A DNA stretch of 62,219 bases from Flavobacteriales bacterium (GTDB taxonomy: Bacteria; Bacteroidota; Bacteroidia; Flavobacteriales; BACL11). Both the position numbers and the translations under genes were made by a program. The stretch lies in assembly GCA_045561575.1 (NCBI GenBank), contig JBJKXM010000072.1, positions 1 to 62,219 of the forward strand, read 5' to 3'. The stretch's first letter is position 1, and each line of letters starts with the position of its first letter. This document shows positions 30,533 through 40,543 of the stretch, piece by piece. The notes under the pieces are model-generated. The model was not told where the DNA came from and searched no databases. It was given only the letters and a program-made list of their open reading frames with translations.

Positions 30533-30829
30533 ATGAGAAAGGCATCGTCAAATATGAATATACTTTCATCAGTAATTAGAAAGATTTTAAAAAACCCTAA
30601 ACTTTCTAGAAAACTTGATGATATAAGAATCATTGAAATTTGGGATGAAATTATAGGCAATAATCTTCAAAAGTATGTTATTGATTCAAAAGTATACAAA
30701 GGAAAACTTTATATAAAATTGAAATCATCAACACTTAGGAATGAGTTTACTTATCAAAAATCAGATTTAATAAGGCAAATTAATCAGAGATTTGGGAAAA
30801 AAGTAATAGAGGATATTATTCTAAAATAA
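30533..30829 (+). CDS. DUF721 (DciA-like) protein
   Basis: 98 aa, immediately after recF with no spacer, with the I..W..I.G motif (IIEIWDEIIGNNL) typical of DUF721. Confidence 0.65.
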   Translation: MRKASSNMNILSSVIRKILKNPKLSRKLDDIRIIEIWDEIIGNNLQKYVIDSKVYKGKLYIKLKSSTLRNEFTYQKSDLIRQINQRFGKKVIEDIILK

Positions 30830-30832
30830 TTT

Positions 30833-31249
30833 TTAGAACCTTTCTTCCATAGAAAAGTGAAAGTTTGCTTCAATTTGAGCATTTTCGTCTGAATCAGAAC
30901 CATGTACAGCATTCTTTCCTTTACTTTCAGCATATTCATGTCTAATTGTTCCAGGCTTTGCTTCAGAAGGATCGGTAGCTCCGATTAACTCTCTAAAATC
31001 AGCAACTGCATTATTCTTTTCTAATATTGCTGCAATTAAAGGACCACTTGACATATAGTCTACAAGTTCTGAATAAAAAGGTCTTTCTTTATGAACTTCA
31101 TAGAATTCACCAGCTCTTTCTTTAGATAAAGCAACTTTTTTCATTGCTACTATTCTAAAACCTGAAGATTCAATTTTATTTAGTATTGCTCCTGTATTAC
31201 CAGCTTCAACTGCTTCCGGCTTAATCATTGTAAATGTTAAATTACTCAT
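30833..31249 (-). CDS. ndk: Nucleoside diphosphate kinase
   Basis: [10 protein letters not shown] and NAVHGSDS (active-site His). Confidence 0.95.
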   Translation of the reverse strand: MSNLTFTMIKPEAVEAGNTGAILNKIESSGFRIVAMKKVALSKERAGEFYEVHKERPFYSELVDYMSSGPLIAAILEKNNAVADFRELIGATDPSEAKPGTIRHEYAESKGKNAVHGSDSDENAQIEANFHFSMEERF

Positions 31250-31328
31250 GTTAATTTTTTAAAAATTCGATGCAAAATTAGAAATAATTACAAATTGAGG
31301 TTTGTTTTTATTCTTATTTTTGCAAAAT

Positions 31329-32342
31329 ATGAATCATAAGATAGAAAAATTAAAAAATGTAATTACAAATCCTCAAAAAATTGTAATTACAACACATCGC
31401 GGTCCTGATGGTGATGCAATGGGATCTTCATTAGCACTTTATAATCTTTTGGTAAAGCTTGATCACGAGGTTAATGTTATAACTCCAAATGATTATGCAA
31501 GTTTTCTACATTGGTTACCTGGCAATAATCTAGTAACAGAATATGAAAGTTCAAGAGAAACTGCAGAAAAGCTTGTTGATAATGCTGACATTATTTTTAT
31601 GTTAGATTTTAATCATATTTATAGAATTGATGGACTTGCATCAAATGTTGAAAGTTCAAATGCCTTAAAAGTTTTAATTGATCATCATCAAGATCCTCAA
31701 GAAAATATTGCTGATTTAATTTTTTCTGAACCTACTATTTGTTCAACTGCACAACTTCTTTTTCAAATAATTGATAAAATGGATTTATCATATTTAATTG
31801 ATAAAGATATTGCTGAATGTATTTATGTAGGTATTATGACTGACACCGGTTCATTTAAATATAGTTCAACAACATCTGAAACACATAATATAATTGCTCG
31901 TTTAATTAAATATGGTGCAAGAAACACAGTTATTCATGATTTAGTTTATGATAATTATTCAGCTGATAGAATGAAATTATTGGGGTATTGTTTAAATGAT
32001 AAACTATTGTTATTTCCTGAAAATAAATCGGCTATCATTTCGTTAACAAATGAAGAATTAAAAAGATTTAATTTTAAGAAAGGTGATACTGAGGGTATAA
32101 TTAATTATGCTCTTGCAATTAAAGATACTATATTTGCGGCCTTTATTGTTGAAAGGGATAACGTTGTTAAACTATCACTAAGATCTAAAGGGAAATTTAA
32201 AGTTAATGATATTGCAAATAAATACTTTAGTGGAGGAGGACATGAAAATGCTGCTGGAGGGATTTCTAATACTAATATTCAAGAAACAATTGAAAAAGTA
32301 AAAGAAATAATAATTGAATATAAAGAAGAGTTAAACAAATAA
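31329..32342 (+). CDS. nrnA: DHH/DHHA1 phosphoesterase (NrnA-type oligoribonuclease / pAp phosphatase)
   Basis: HRGPDGDAMGS, DHHQD, and GGGHENAAGG (DHHA1). The ATG at 31329 is preferred over the tracked TTG at 31302. Confidence 0.8.
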   Translation: MNHKIEKLKNVITNPQKIVITTHRGPDGDAMGSSLALYNLLVKLDHEVNVITPNDYASFLHWLPGNNLVTEYESSRETAEKLVDNADIIFMLDFNHIYRIDGLASNVESSNALKVLIDHHQDPQENIADLIFSEPTICSTAQLLFQIIDKMDLSYLIDKDIAECIYVGIMTDTGSFKYSSTTSETHNIIARLIKYGARNTVIHDLVYDNYSADRMKLLGYCLNDKLLLFPENKSAIISLTNEELKRFNFKKGDTEGIINYALAIKDTIFAAFIVERDNVVKLSLRSKGKFKVNDIANKYFSGGGHENAAGGISNTNIQETIEKVKEIIIEYKEELNK

Positions 32343-32352
32343 ATAAAACAAA

Positions 32353-33360
32353 ATGAAAAATATATTTTTATCACTAGCATTGCTAGTTGGAATTAATTGT
32401 ACAAGTACTAATAATAATTTAAATAATATGGAAGACGGAATTTACGCAAACATTAAAACAAACAAAGGTGAGATAGTTCTAAAATTAGAATTTGAAAAGA
32501 CACCACTAACAACAGCAAACTTTATATCTTTAGCTGAAGGTACAATGAAAAACAAGAAAAAACCTGCTGGGCAGCCTTATTTTGATGGTCTTAATTTTCA
32601 CAGAGTAATTGCTGACTTTATGATTCAAGGAGGATGTCCTGAAGGGAATGGAATGGGGAATCCGGGTTATCAGTTTGCTGATGAATTTCATCCTGATTTA
32701 AAACATGACAAAGGAGGGATTTTATCAATGGCAAATTCAGGGCCAAATACCAATGGATCACAATTCTTCATTACACACAAAGAAACTCCGTGGCTAGATG
32801 GTAAACACTCAGTATTTGGAAATGTTATTAAAGGGATGGATATTGTAAATTCCATTGAGCAAGGTGATTTAATGGAAACTGTCACTATTTCAAGAAAAGG
32901 ATCTAAAGCTAAAGCTTTTGATGCCAGCAAAGTGTTTTCTGAAGAGCAAGTTAAATTAGCTAAGGCTGCAGAAGAAAAAAGAAAATTAATGGAAGAAGAA
33001 AATAAGAAATTAATGAAAGATGCTACAATAACTGAAACTGGCTTAGGATATAAAATGATTAAAGAGGGTAGTGGAGCGCAAGCTACAAACGGTAAGACAG
33101 TTTCTGTTCATTATACTGGTAAATTAACAGATGGTACTAAATTTGATTCATCATATGACAGAAATCAACCAATTGAGTTTGTTCTTGGTCAAGGAAGAGT
33201 TATTAAAGGATGGGATGAAGGTATATCATACTTAAAAGTAGGGGGGAAAGCAACATTTATTATCCCTGCTAATTTAGCTTACGGTGAAAGAGGAGCAGGC
33301 GGGGTAATACCACCAAATGCAACTCTAATATTTGATGTAGAATTGATGGATGTCAAATAA
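32353..33360 (+). CDS. Dual-family peptidyl-prolyl isomerase lipoprotein: N-terminal cyclophilin fused to C-terminal FKBP
   Basis: Lipobox LLVGINC. Cyclophilin core ([39 protein letters not shown]). Charged [19 protein letters not shown] linker. FKBP core ([28 protein letters not shown]). Confidence 0.85.
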   Translation: MKNIFLSLALLVGINCTSTNNNLNNMEDGIYANIKTNKGEIVLKLEFEKTPLTTANFISLAEGTMKNKKKPAGQPYFDGLNFHRVIADFMIQGGCPEGNGMGNPGYQFADEFHPDLKHDKGGILSMANSGPNTNGSQFFITHKETPWLDGKHSVFGNVIKGMDIVNSIEQGDLMETVTISRKGSKAKAFDASKVFSEEQVKLAKAAEEKRKLMEEENKKLMKDATITETGLGYKMIKEGSGAQATNGKTVSVHYTGKLTDGTKFDSSYDRNQPIEFVLGQGRVIKGWDEGISYLKVGGKATFIIPANLAYGERGAGGVIPPNATLIFDVELMDVK

Positions 33361-33382
33361 TAAAAACTATATTTAAAAAAAG

Positions 33383-33413
33383 AAAGACTGTTTTTTTGAC
33401 AGTCTTTTTTTTT
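33383..33413 (+). terminator. Rho-independent terminator after the PPIase gene
   Basis: Stem AAAGACTGT/ACAGTCTTT, 7-nt loop, long T tract. Confidence 0.75.
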
Positions 33414-33638
33414 GTTTTTTTTAAAATATTACAATTTTAATTTAGCTGACCAATGAAAATAAATAAATAACTTATTTAATTTTAATTAAAAATAAATGTT
33501 TGTAATATTAAAAACTGTTAATTTTCTTTATGCTTATATCCTTAAATTAAATGTTAATTTGGATGTTAATAAATTTCAAATTTTGTTTTGAGATGTTTAA
33601 AAAATCGTGTGAATAAAATATTATACTTGCATTAGTTC

Positions 33639-33716
33639 TTTACTCATTTGGTGTGTGTGTCAGACACAAATTATTATTTAATTTACTAATCACATGCTGT
33701 TCAACCAAAGAGTAAA
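33639..33716 (+). promoter_or_regulatory. Nested inverted repeats in the nrdB leader (candidate cis-regulatory RNA or operator)
   Basis: The outer arms 33639..33651 (TTTACTCATTTGG) and 33705..33716 (CCAAAGAGTAAA) give 12 bp with one bulged A. Inner palindrome TGTGTC-A-GACACA at 33656..33668. T6 at 33725..33730. nrdB ATG at 33755. Confidence 0.3.
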
Positions 33717-33754
33717 TCACTCGATTTTTTATTAATTTTTTAAAACACTATTAT

Positions 33755-34729
33755 ATGGGAATATTTGACTATAGAAGAAATTACAAGCCTTTCGAGTATC
33801 CAGAAGTTACTGATTTTACAGATGCAATTAATAAATCTTTTTGGGTACATTCAGAAGTAGACTTTACTGCAGACACACAAGATTTTTTGTCACATCTTTC
33901 TGAATCTGAAAAGAACGCAGTGAAAAATGCTTTGCTTGCAATTGCCCAAATTGAAGTTAATGTAAAAACCTTTTGGGGAGATCTATATAGTCACTTACCC
34001 AAGCCCGAATTTAATGGACTTGGAAGTACATTTGCAGAATGTGAGTTCAGACATTCAGAAGCTTATTCAAGATTGCTTGAAGTTCTTGGTTATAATGATG
34101 AGTTTGAAAATTTAATACAAATTCCAATCATAAAACAAAGAGTTGATTATTTATCAAGTGCCCTATCAAATGCTAAATCACAAGACAAAGAAGAATATGC
34201 AATTTCATTAATTCTTTTCTCTATTCTTATTGAAAATGTATCTCTATTTAGTCAATTTGCTATAATTCTATCATTTACAAGATTTAAAGGACATATGAAA
34301 AATGTTAGTAATATAATTGCATGGACATCAATTGATGAGCAATTACATGCAAACGCTGGTATTTATATCATTAATAAAATTAAAGAGGAACATCCTGAAT
34401 TCTTTACAGAAAAAACACTAACTAAAATTAATAATGTTGTTAAAGAATCTATAGAAATTGAGAGTATGCTACTTGATTGGATTTTTGAAAAAGGAGAGTT
34501 AGAGTTTGTAAACAAAAAAGATTTATTAAACTTTATGAAATACAGAGCTGACGAAAGCTTAACTCAAATAGGTTTTGAAAAAGTATTTAATGTCTCTTAC
34601 GAAGATTATGAACCAATGGCATGGTTTGAAAATGAAGTATTCTCAAATAGTATGGATGATTTCTTTGCTAAAAGACCTGTTGAATACACCAAACACGACA
34701 AAAGTATAACTGCTATGGATCTTTTTTAA
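33755..34729 (+). CDS. nrdB: Ribonucleotide reductase small (beta) subunit, no ATP-cone
   Basis: Ferritin-like ligand motifs AQIE, ECEFRH (ExxH) plus Tyr at H+4 (RHSEAY), LIEN, DEQLH. 324 aa. Confidence 0.9.
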   Translation: MGIFDYRRNYKPFEYPEVTDFTDAINKSFWVHSEVDFTADTQDFLSHLSESEKNAVKNALLAIAQIEVNVKTFWGDLYSHLPKPEFNGLGSTFAECEFRHSEAYSRLLEVLGYNDEFENLIQIPIIKQRVDYLSSALSNAKSQDKEEYAISLILFSILIENVSLFSQFAIILSFTRFKGHMKNVSNIIAWTSIDEQLHANAGIYIINKIKEEHPEFFTEKTLTKINNVVKESIEIESMLLDWIFEKGELEFVNKKDLLNFMKYRADESLTQIGFEKVFNVSYEDYEPMAWFENEVFSNSMDDFFAKRPVEYTKHDKSITAMDLF

Positions 34730-34731
34730 TC

Positions 34732-36396
34732 ATGGAAAATAAAGAAGTAAGAGAAAGATATTGGTGGAAAAACACTGAAAGTCAACAAATATTAAACAGA
34801 GGATATCTACTTCAAGGTGAGTCTGTTGAAGGAGCAATAGACAGAGTATGTTCTGCTGCAGCAAAAAACCTATTTAGACCAGAACTTAAAGAAGCATTTA
34901 AAGAAATGGTTGAAAGAGGATGGATGAGTCTTAGCTCACCAATATGGGCAAACATGGGTACAGAAAGAGGATTACCAATCTCTTGTTTCAACGTACATGT
35001 ACCAGATAGAATAGAAGATATAACACACAAACTTGGTGAAGTTATTATGCAAACTAAAATTGGCGGAGGAACATCCGGCTATTTTGGTGCATTAAGAGAG
35101 AGAGGAAGTGCTGTTAAAGACAATGGAAAGAGTAGTGGGGCAGTAAGTTTTATGAAATTGTTTGATACAACAATGGATACTATTTCACAAGGAGGAGTTA
35201 GAAGAGGAGCTTTTGCTGCTTATTTAGACATAGACCACCCAGATATTGATGAATTTCTAACAATCAAAAGTATTGGAAGCCCAATACAGAATTTATTCTA
35301 TGCAGTTTGTGTACCAGACTATTGGTTAAATGAAATGGTAGATGGTGATATGGATAAAAGAAAAATATGGGCAAAAGTATTAGAAAATAGACAACAAAAA
35401 GGATTACCATATATTTTCTTTACAGATAATATTAACAGAAACAAGCCTCAGGTTTACAAAGACAAAGGTATGATGATTAATGCAAGTAATTTGTGTTCTG
35501 AAATTGTTTTGCCTTCTAGTAAAGATGAATCATTTATTTGTTGTCTTTCATCATTAAATCTTGAAATGTATGATGAATGGAAAGATACTGAGACAGTAAA
35601 GTTAGCAATCTACTTCCTTGACGCAGTACTAGAAGAATTTATTAAGAAAACGAAAGGAAACCATTATTTAGAAAATGCTCATAATTTTGCCAAAAGACAC
35701 AGAGCACTTGGTCTAGGTGTATTAGGTTGGCATTCATATTTACAAAGAAATATGATCCCATTTGAAGGGATGGAATCAAAACAGTTAACAACAAAGATTT
35801 TTAAAGATATTCATGAAAAATCTGAAAAAGCTACAAAGGAATTAGCAAGAATATATGGTGAACCTGAAGTACTTGAAGGTTATGGTAGAAGAAATACTAC
35901 ATTATTAGCTATTGCACCAACAACATCATCATCTGCTATACTTGGTCAAGCATCTCCAGGAATTGAACCACTTTATAGTAACTATTATAAAGCTGGTCTT
36001 GCTAAGGGTAATTTTATGAGAAAGAATAAATATCTAGAAGCATTACTAAAAGAGAAAGGATTAGATAATGAAGAAATATGGAGAAGTATTATGTTAAACA
36101 ATGGAAGTGTAAGTCATATTAAAGAATTATCTGAAAACGAAAAAGGTGTTTTTAAGACCTTCAAAGAAATTAGTCAACTTGAAATAATACAACAAGCATC
36201 AATTAGACAAAAATACATTGATCAGGCACAAAGTTTAAACCTAAATATACCATCGAATCTTCCTGTTAAAGACGTAAATAATTTAATACTAGAAGCATGG
36301 AAACTTGGTGTTAAGACTCTGTATTACCAAAGGAGCCAAAGTGTTTCAAAAGAAATGGTAACAAACCTAGTTTCTTGTAGTAGTTGTGAAGGTTAA
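34732..36396 (+). CDS. nrdA: Ribonucleotide reductase large (alpha) subunit, compact form lacking an N-terminal ATP-cone
   Basis: GGVRRGA, NLCSEI (active-site Cys/Glu), APTTSSS, C-terminal redox pair CSSCEG. 554 aa. The ATG is 2 nt after the nrdB stop, so no upstream coding room exists for a cone. Confidence 0.9.
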   Translation: MENKEVRERYWWKNTESQQILNRGYLLQGESVEGAIDRVCSAAAKNLFRPELKEAFKEMVERGWMSLSSPIWANMGTERGLPISCFNVHVPDRIEDITHKLGEVIMQTKIGGGTSGYFGALRERGSAVKDNGKSSGAVSFMKLFDTTMDTISQGGVRRGAFAAYLDIDHPDIDEFLTIKSIGSPIQNLFYAVCVPDYWLNEMVDGDMDKRKIWAKVLENRQQKGLPYIFFTDNINRNKPQVYKDKGMMINASNLCSEIVLPSSKDESFICCLSSLNLEMYDEWKDTETVKLAIYFLDAVLEEFIKKTKGNHYLENAHNFAKRHRALGLGVLGWHSYLQRNMIPFEGMESKQLTTKIFKDIHEKSEKATKELARIYGEPEVLEGYGRRNTTLLAIAPTTSSSAILGQASPGIEPLYSNYYKAGLAKGNFMRKNKYLEALLKEKGLDNEEIWRSIMLNNGSVSHIKELSENEKGVFKTFKEISQLEIIQQASIRQKYIDQAQSLNLNIPSNLPVKDVNNLILEAWKLGVKTLYYQRSQSVSKEMVTNLVSCSSCEG

Positions 36397-37896
36397 TTTA
36401 AATTATAGATTTTAGAATATTTATTTTTAGCATAATTCATAAAATATTTAAAATTTAATTCTTCACCTGTAACTATTTTACATAAATCTTTTGCATCATA
36501 TCTCTCACCATGGTTATGAATATTTTGTCTAAGCCATTCTAATAATTCCTTTGTATCACCATTTTCAATCTTAGAATTGATGTTAGAAACTTCATTTGAT
36601 ACTTTATTATAGAATTGAGCTGCATAAAAACTACCAAGTGTATAAGTAGGGAAGTAGCCTAAACTTCCGTGTGACCAATGTATATCTTGTAAAACACCTA
36701 AAGAATCAGATGGCACGTCAATATTTAAATATTTCTTATATAGATTATTCCAAACAGAAGGTAGTTCTTCAACATTAATATTTCCTTCAATTAATCCTTT
36801 TTCAATTTCATATCTTATTAAAACGTGTAAATGATAAGTTAATTCATCAGCATTAGTTCTGATTAATGATGGTTTAACATTGTTACAAGCTTGATAAAAT
36901 AATTCATAATTAACATTACCTAATTGCTCTGGAAAATATGATTTTAAAAGAGGGAAATTTTTCTTCCAATAAGAAAGACTTCTACCAACATGATTTTCCC
37001 ATAATCTAGATTGAGACTCATGTATACCAAGAGATATTGCATTACCTAGTGGAGTACCGTAATTTTCAGTTAAAATACCTTGTTCATATAATGCATGACC
37101 ACCTTCATGAATACAACTCCATATCATCTCTGATAGGTTTTTTTCATCAATTCTAGTGGTAACTCTAGCATCTTCAGGTGAAAAATGAGATGAAAATGGA
37201 TGAGCTGAAATATCTTGACGTCCAGAATCAAAATCATAGCCCATTTGTTTTAATAAATCAATACCAAAATTCCATTGTTTTTTATGATCAAAATGCTGAT
37301 AAAAAAATGAATCATCTATATGATTATTATCAGTAATTTTATTAATGAAAGGAACTAATTGATTCTTAACATCATCAAAGATTAAATCAACATCTTTAGT
37401 TGTTAGATTTGGTTCATATGCATCTAGTAATGCATCATATGGATGATTTTTATATCCTAACAATTCACATTCTTCCTTTCTTAAATCAACTAAATTTTCA
37501 AGCGAATTTCTAAATATTTTAAAGTCATTGGCATCTTTAGCTAATCTCCAATCCTTAAATGCTTTTGAAATTAACTTTGATTCACGAACAATAAATTCAG
37601 AAGAATATTTTTTTTGCTTTAAATAGGCCTTTCTAGACAGTGTTATATTACGTTTTTGATCAAAATTTAACGAATTATCATTAAATAACTTGTCTAATAA
37701 TTCACCATATTGTTCATCTGTAAACAGCTCAAATCTAATTTTTGCAAGTGTTGATAATTGTTGAGCTCTAAATTTATTTCCATTTTTTGGCATCATTGTT
37801 TATCTCTTGATCCCAGCTCAATACACTCATAGCCATTGATAAATCATATATCTTTACAGAATAATCTCTATAATCATTATAATCGTTTAATTTCAT
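36393..37896 (-). pseudogene. M32 (Taq-type) carboxypeptidase, frame broken as sequenced near the N-terminus
   Basis: The main ORF has HEGGHALYEQG (HExxH), HESQSRLWEN and IRTNADELTYHLH. My translation from the ATG at 37896 gives MKLNDYNDYRDYSVKIYDLSMAMSVLSWDQEINN..., then a stop. Removing one T from the T3 run at 37799..37801 gives ...LSWDQEITMMPKNGNKFRAQQ (500 aa). Confidence 0.8.
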
Positions 37897-37978
37897 ATAT
37901 ATCTTACTAGATTAACAGAACAAGTAAATTGTCTTATAATTAATATTATGTTAAATTATATAAAAGTGTATTTATCCC

Positions 37979-40489
37979 CTATTTATTTTCTAAAGATTCT
38001 ATTAAATAAAGTAAATACTTCTTGTGTTGTCTACTTTGTAAATTAGCTGTAGTGACATCAAGGTATTCCTTAATCCAATTTAAATTATAAAATGCAGATG
38101 TTTTAGAATGATTATCATATGAGGATGATTTAACAATACTTAATAATCTATTAACGTATGTAGTCTGTAGATTTTGCCTTACAGTAGAAATATTAGTATT
38201 TAAATCTGAATCAAAAATAGATTTTCTTAAATCAATCATGTAATAAGGAAGTTCATATTCATTTCCATATAGACTTGAATTTGTCATACGTGATAAAACT
38301 TTATTATTTAAAAGATGATCTAATAATCTATTTTGATATACTAAGATTCTTTGATGTATTCCAGGATCAGATGAAACATTAAAGCCTCTCCTCTGCTTTT
38401 GTAAATAAGGAAATAAATCTGGTTGTAATAACATTCTATTACTAAATCCATATTTAGCTAAAATATTCATTGCTCTTTTCTGAGTTTCTTTATCAACACT
38501 AACAAAAGGTTTTACTGTTGAGTTTTGATCTGTGTGTGCTAAATCTACCATAACCCCACCAATTTGTCTTGTTACAATGTTTAATGCTTGATAATATGAA
38601 AAAACGAGTGTTCTATATGTTCTGTATAACTCTTCGTAAGTATCATTTTCTTCAGTATATTTTTCCTTTAAATCATCTAATATTTTATAAATCATTTCGA
38701 TTTTATCTAGTGAATGATCAAGTTGATCACTTGACAAATCATAAATCATTGCATTTGGATCAGAACCTTTTCCAGTAGATCTCATATCCATAGCATCATT
38801 TGCAAATGCCAAATCTTTTTCTGTCGAACGAGATAAAATAGCAGAAATCCCTTCCTCTTCAGCTTCAACATTATCATATTGAGAATATCCAAATTCAATA
38901 GCCCACATATCGTAAACACCAGGTTTTACGTCAAAAAATAAACCTTGATCTTCAGGATTACGAGTAATATTAATTGCAGGATACTCCATTACAGATGAAC
39001 AAACTCCTCTTTCATTTACTATTTCTTTATTGTTTAGTTCATCATTAGAAAGTAATGTACTACCCTTGAAATTATGACTAAGTCCTAAAGTATGTCCAAC
39101 TTCATGTAAAACAAGTCTGTAAAGTGATTGTTTTACTAATTCATCTTCAAGTTCTTCAGATAAATTCATGTTTTTAATGTAGTTAATACCAAGAGATTTT
39201 TCAACTTGTTGAAAATGAGCGGCATCACAGTTATGTCCAGCATGTGATCTTTCATTAAATAATTCATCTGAAAAAATTCTATTAGTGATATAAGTCCATT
39301 CAAGCATAATATCAGCTCCTAAAATCTCTCCTGTTCTTGGATTAACAAAAGAAGGACCATACCCTCCCCAAGGTGGATTTGGTGATGATGTCCATCTTAA
39401 AACATTATATCTTATGTCACCTGCATCCCAATCAGCTGTATCGGGTTGAATTTTTACTTGTACAGCATTTTTAAAGCCTGCTTTTACGAATGCAAGATTC
39501 CATCTTTCAACTCCTTCTTTTATTATCTGTCTAAATTCTAATGGAGTAGTATTTTCTATCCAGTATACTATAGGCTTTATAGGTTCTGAAATTTCTTCAG
39601 ATGGATTCTTTTTCTCTAATCTCCAACGATTAATAAAGTCCCTGTAGTTAACTTGATCAAGAGTTGTCATATGATTAGATTGTGTAGTGAAGAAACCTAT
39701 TCTAGAATCATCTTTTCTTGTATTATAGTTTGAATCAGGCATTCTTACCAAACTATGTTGAACCATTACTGAAACATTTCGTGAATCAGTAATTGCATCG
39801 CTTCCTCTTCTTGAGGGATATTTACTTTCATAAAAATAATTAACTACTACATCAGTATTTTCAGGATAATTTCTAATTTTATTATATCTAGTCTTGCTTT
39901 TACTTAAATTACCTAACCTAAATCCTTTGTAGCCTCCTGGATATGAGTATTTAACTTGCTGTAATGATTCACTTAGGAAGATATTATCAGCATTAATTAA
40001 GAATTTTGTTTTGTTATCACTTTTAGCAATAATTTCTTCAGAAATAATAACAGGTGTATTTATATTGGCTTTTGAAGCTTTAGACAATGGACTTTCCTCA
40101 TCAAAATAATAACTTGTATTAGATACAGTTATATCAATCTTATTATAAAATTTGGTTATTTTAATGATTTTTGACCCTCTGTATCTACCTCTTACGGCTC
40201 CAGCATCAGTTACTCCATTTTCAAAATAACTAAAGTAAATAAACTCTTTATCTAAATGAGATGTATCTATTTCTATAAAAGATTTTCCATTTTTTTTGTT
40301 TTGATATATATTAAACAATCCTTCATAAAGCTCACAACCTTTTGTTTTATTTTCTATTTCATTTGGCTTTTTTACCTCTTTTTTATCAGATTTTTTTTCT
40401 TTCTGAAGTTTATATAAGGAATATTGTCCATATGATGTAGAGCAAAAAAGAAATAATGCTATGTTTAGTAATAGTATTTTTTTAATCAT
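37979..40489 (-). CDS. Secreted zinc-dependent metalloprotease (large DUF5117/DUF4953-type)
   Basis: Signal peptide, then LVLHEVGHTLGLSHNF (HExxHxxGxxH). 836 aa. Confidence 0.75.
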   Translation of the reverse strand: MIKKILLLNIALFLFCSTSYGQYSLYKLQKEKKSDKKEVKKPNEIENKTKGCELYEGLFNIYQNKKNGKSFIEIDTSHLDKEFIYFSYFENGVTDAGAVRGRYRGSKIIKITKFYNKIDITVSNTSYYFDEESPLSKASKANINTPVIISEEIIAKSDNKTKFLINADNIFLSESLQQVKYSYPGGYKGFRLGNLSKSKTRYNKIRNYPENTDVVVNYFYESKYPSRRGSDAITDSRNVSVMVQHSLVRMPDSNYNTRKDDSRIGFFTTQSNHMTTLDQVNYRDFINRWRLEKKNPSEEISEPIKPIVYWIENTTPLEFRQIIKEGVERWNLAFVKAGFKNAVQVKIQPDTADWDAGDIRYNVLRWTSSPNPPWGGYGPSFVNPRTGEILGADIMLEWTYITNRIFSDELFNERSHAGHNCDAAHFQQVEKSLGINYIKNMNLSEELEDELVKQSLYRLVLHEVGHTLGLSHNFKGSTLLSNDELNNKEIVNERGVCSSVMEYPAINITRNPEDQGLFFDVKPGVYDMWAIEFGYSQYDNVEAEEEGISAILSRSTEKDLAFANDAMDMRSTGKGSDPNAMIYDLSSDQLDHSLDKIEMIYKILDDLKEKYTEENDTYEELYRTYRTLVFSYYQALNIVTRQIGGVMVDLAHTDQNSTVKPFVSVDKETQKRAMNILAKYGFSNRMLLQPDLFPYLQKQRRGFNVSSDPGIHQRILVYQNRLLDHLLNNKVLSRMTNSSLYGNEYELPYYMIDLRKSIFDSDLNTNISTVRQNLQTTYVNRLLSIVKSSSYDNHSKTSAFYNLNWIKEYLDVTTANLQSRQHKKYLLYLIESLENK

Positions 40490-40543
40490 TTTGTAATATT
40501 TTATGTTAACAAATTTATAGATTTAAACGCAATCTTTTTGCGT

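Noticed and set aside
33649-33660. The (GT)5-6 microsatellite as an independent feature.
   Set aside because: It is short and forms the left arm of the TGTGTC-A-GACACA palindrome, so it is reported as part of the nrdB leader rather than separately.
33414-33760. NrdR boxes or a cobalamin riboswitch upstream of nrdB.
   Set aside because: The best NrdR-like string (ACACTATTATATGGGA, 33745..33760) matches only about 10 of 16 consensus positions, is not palindromic, and overlaps the ATG. No B12-box-like GCCACTG core or GC-rich riboswitch helices are present.
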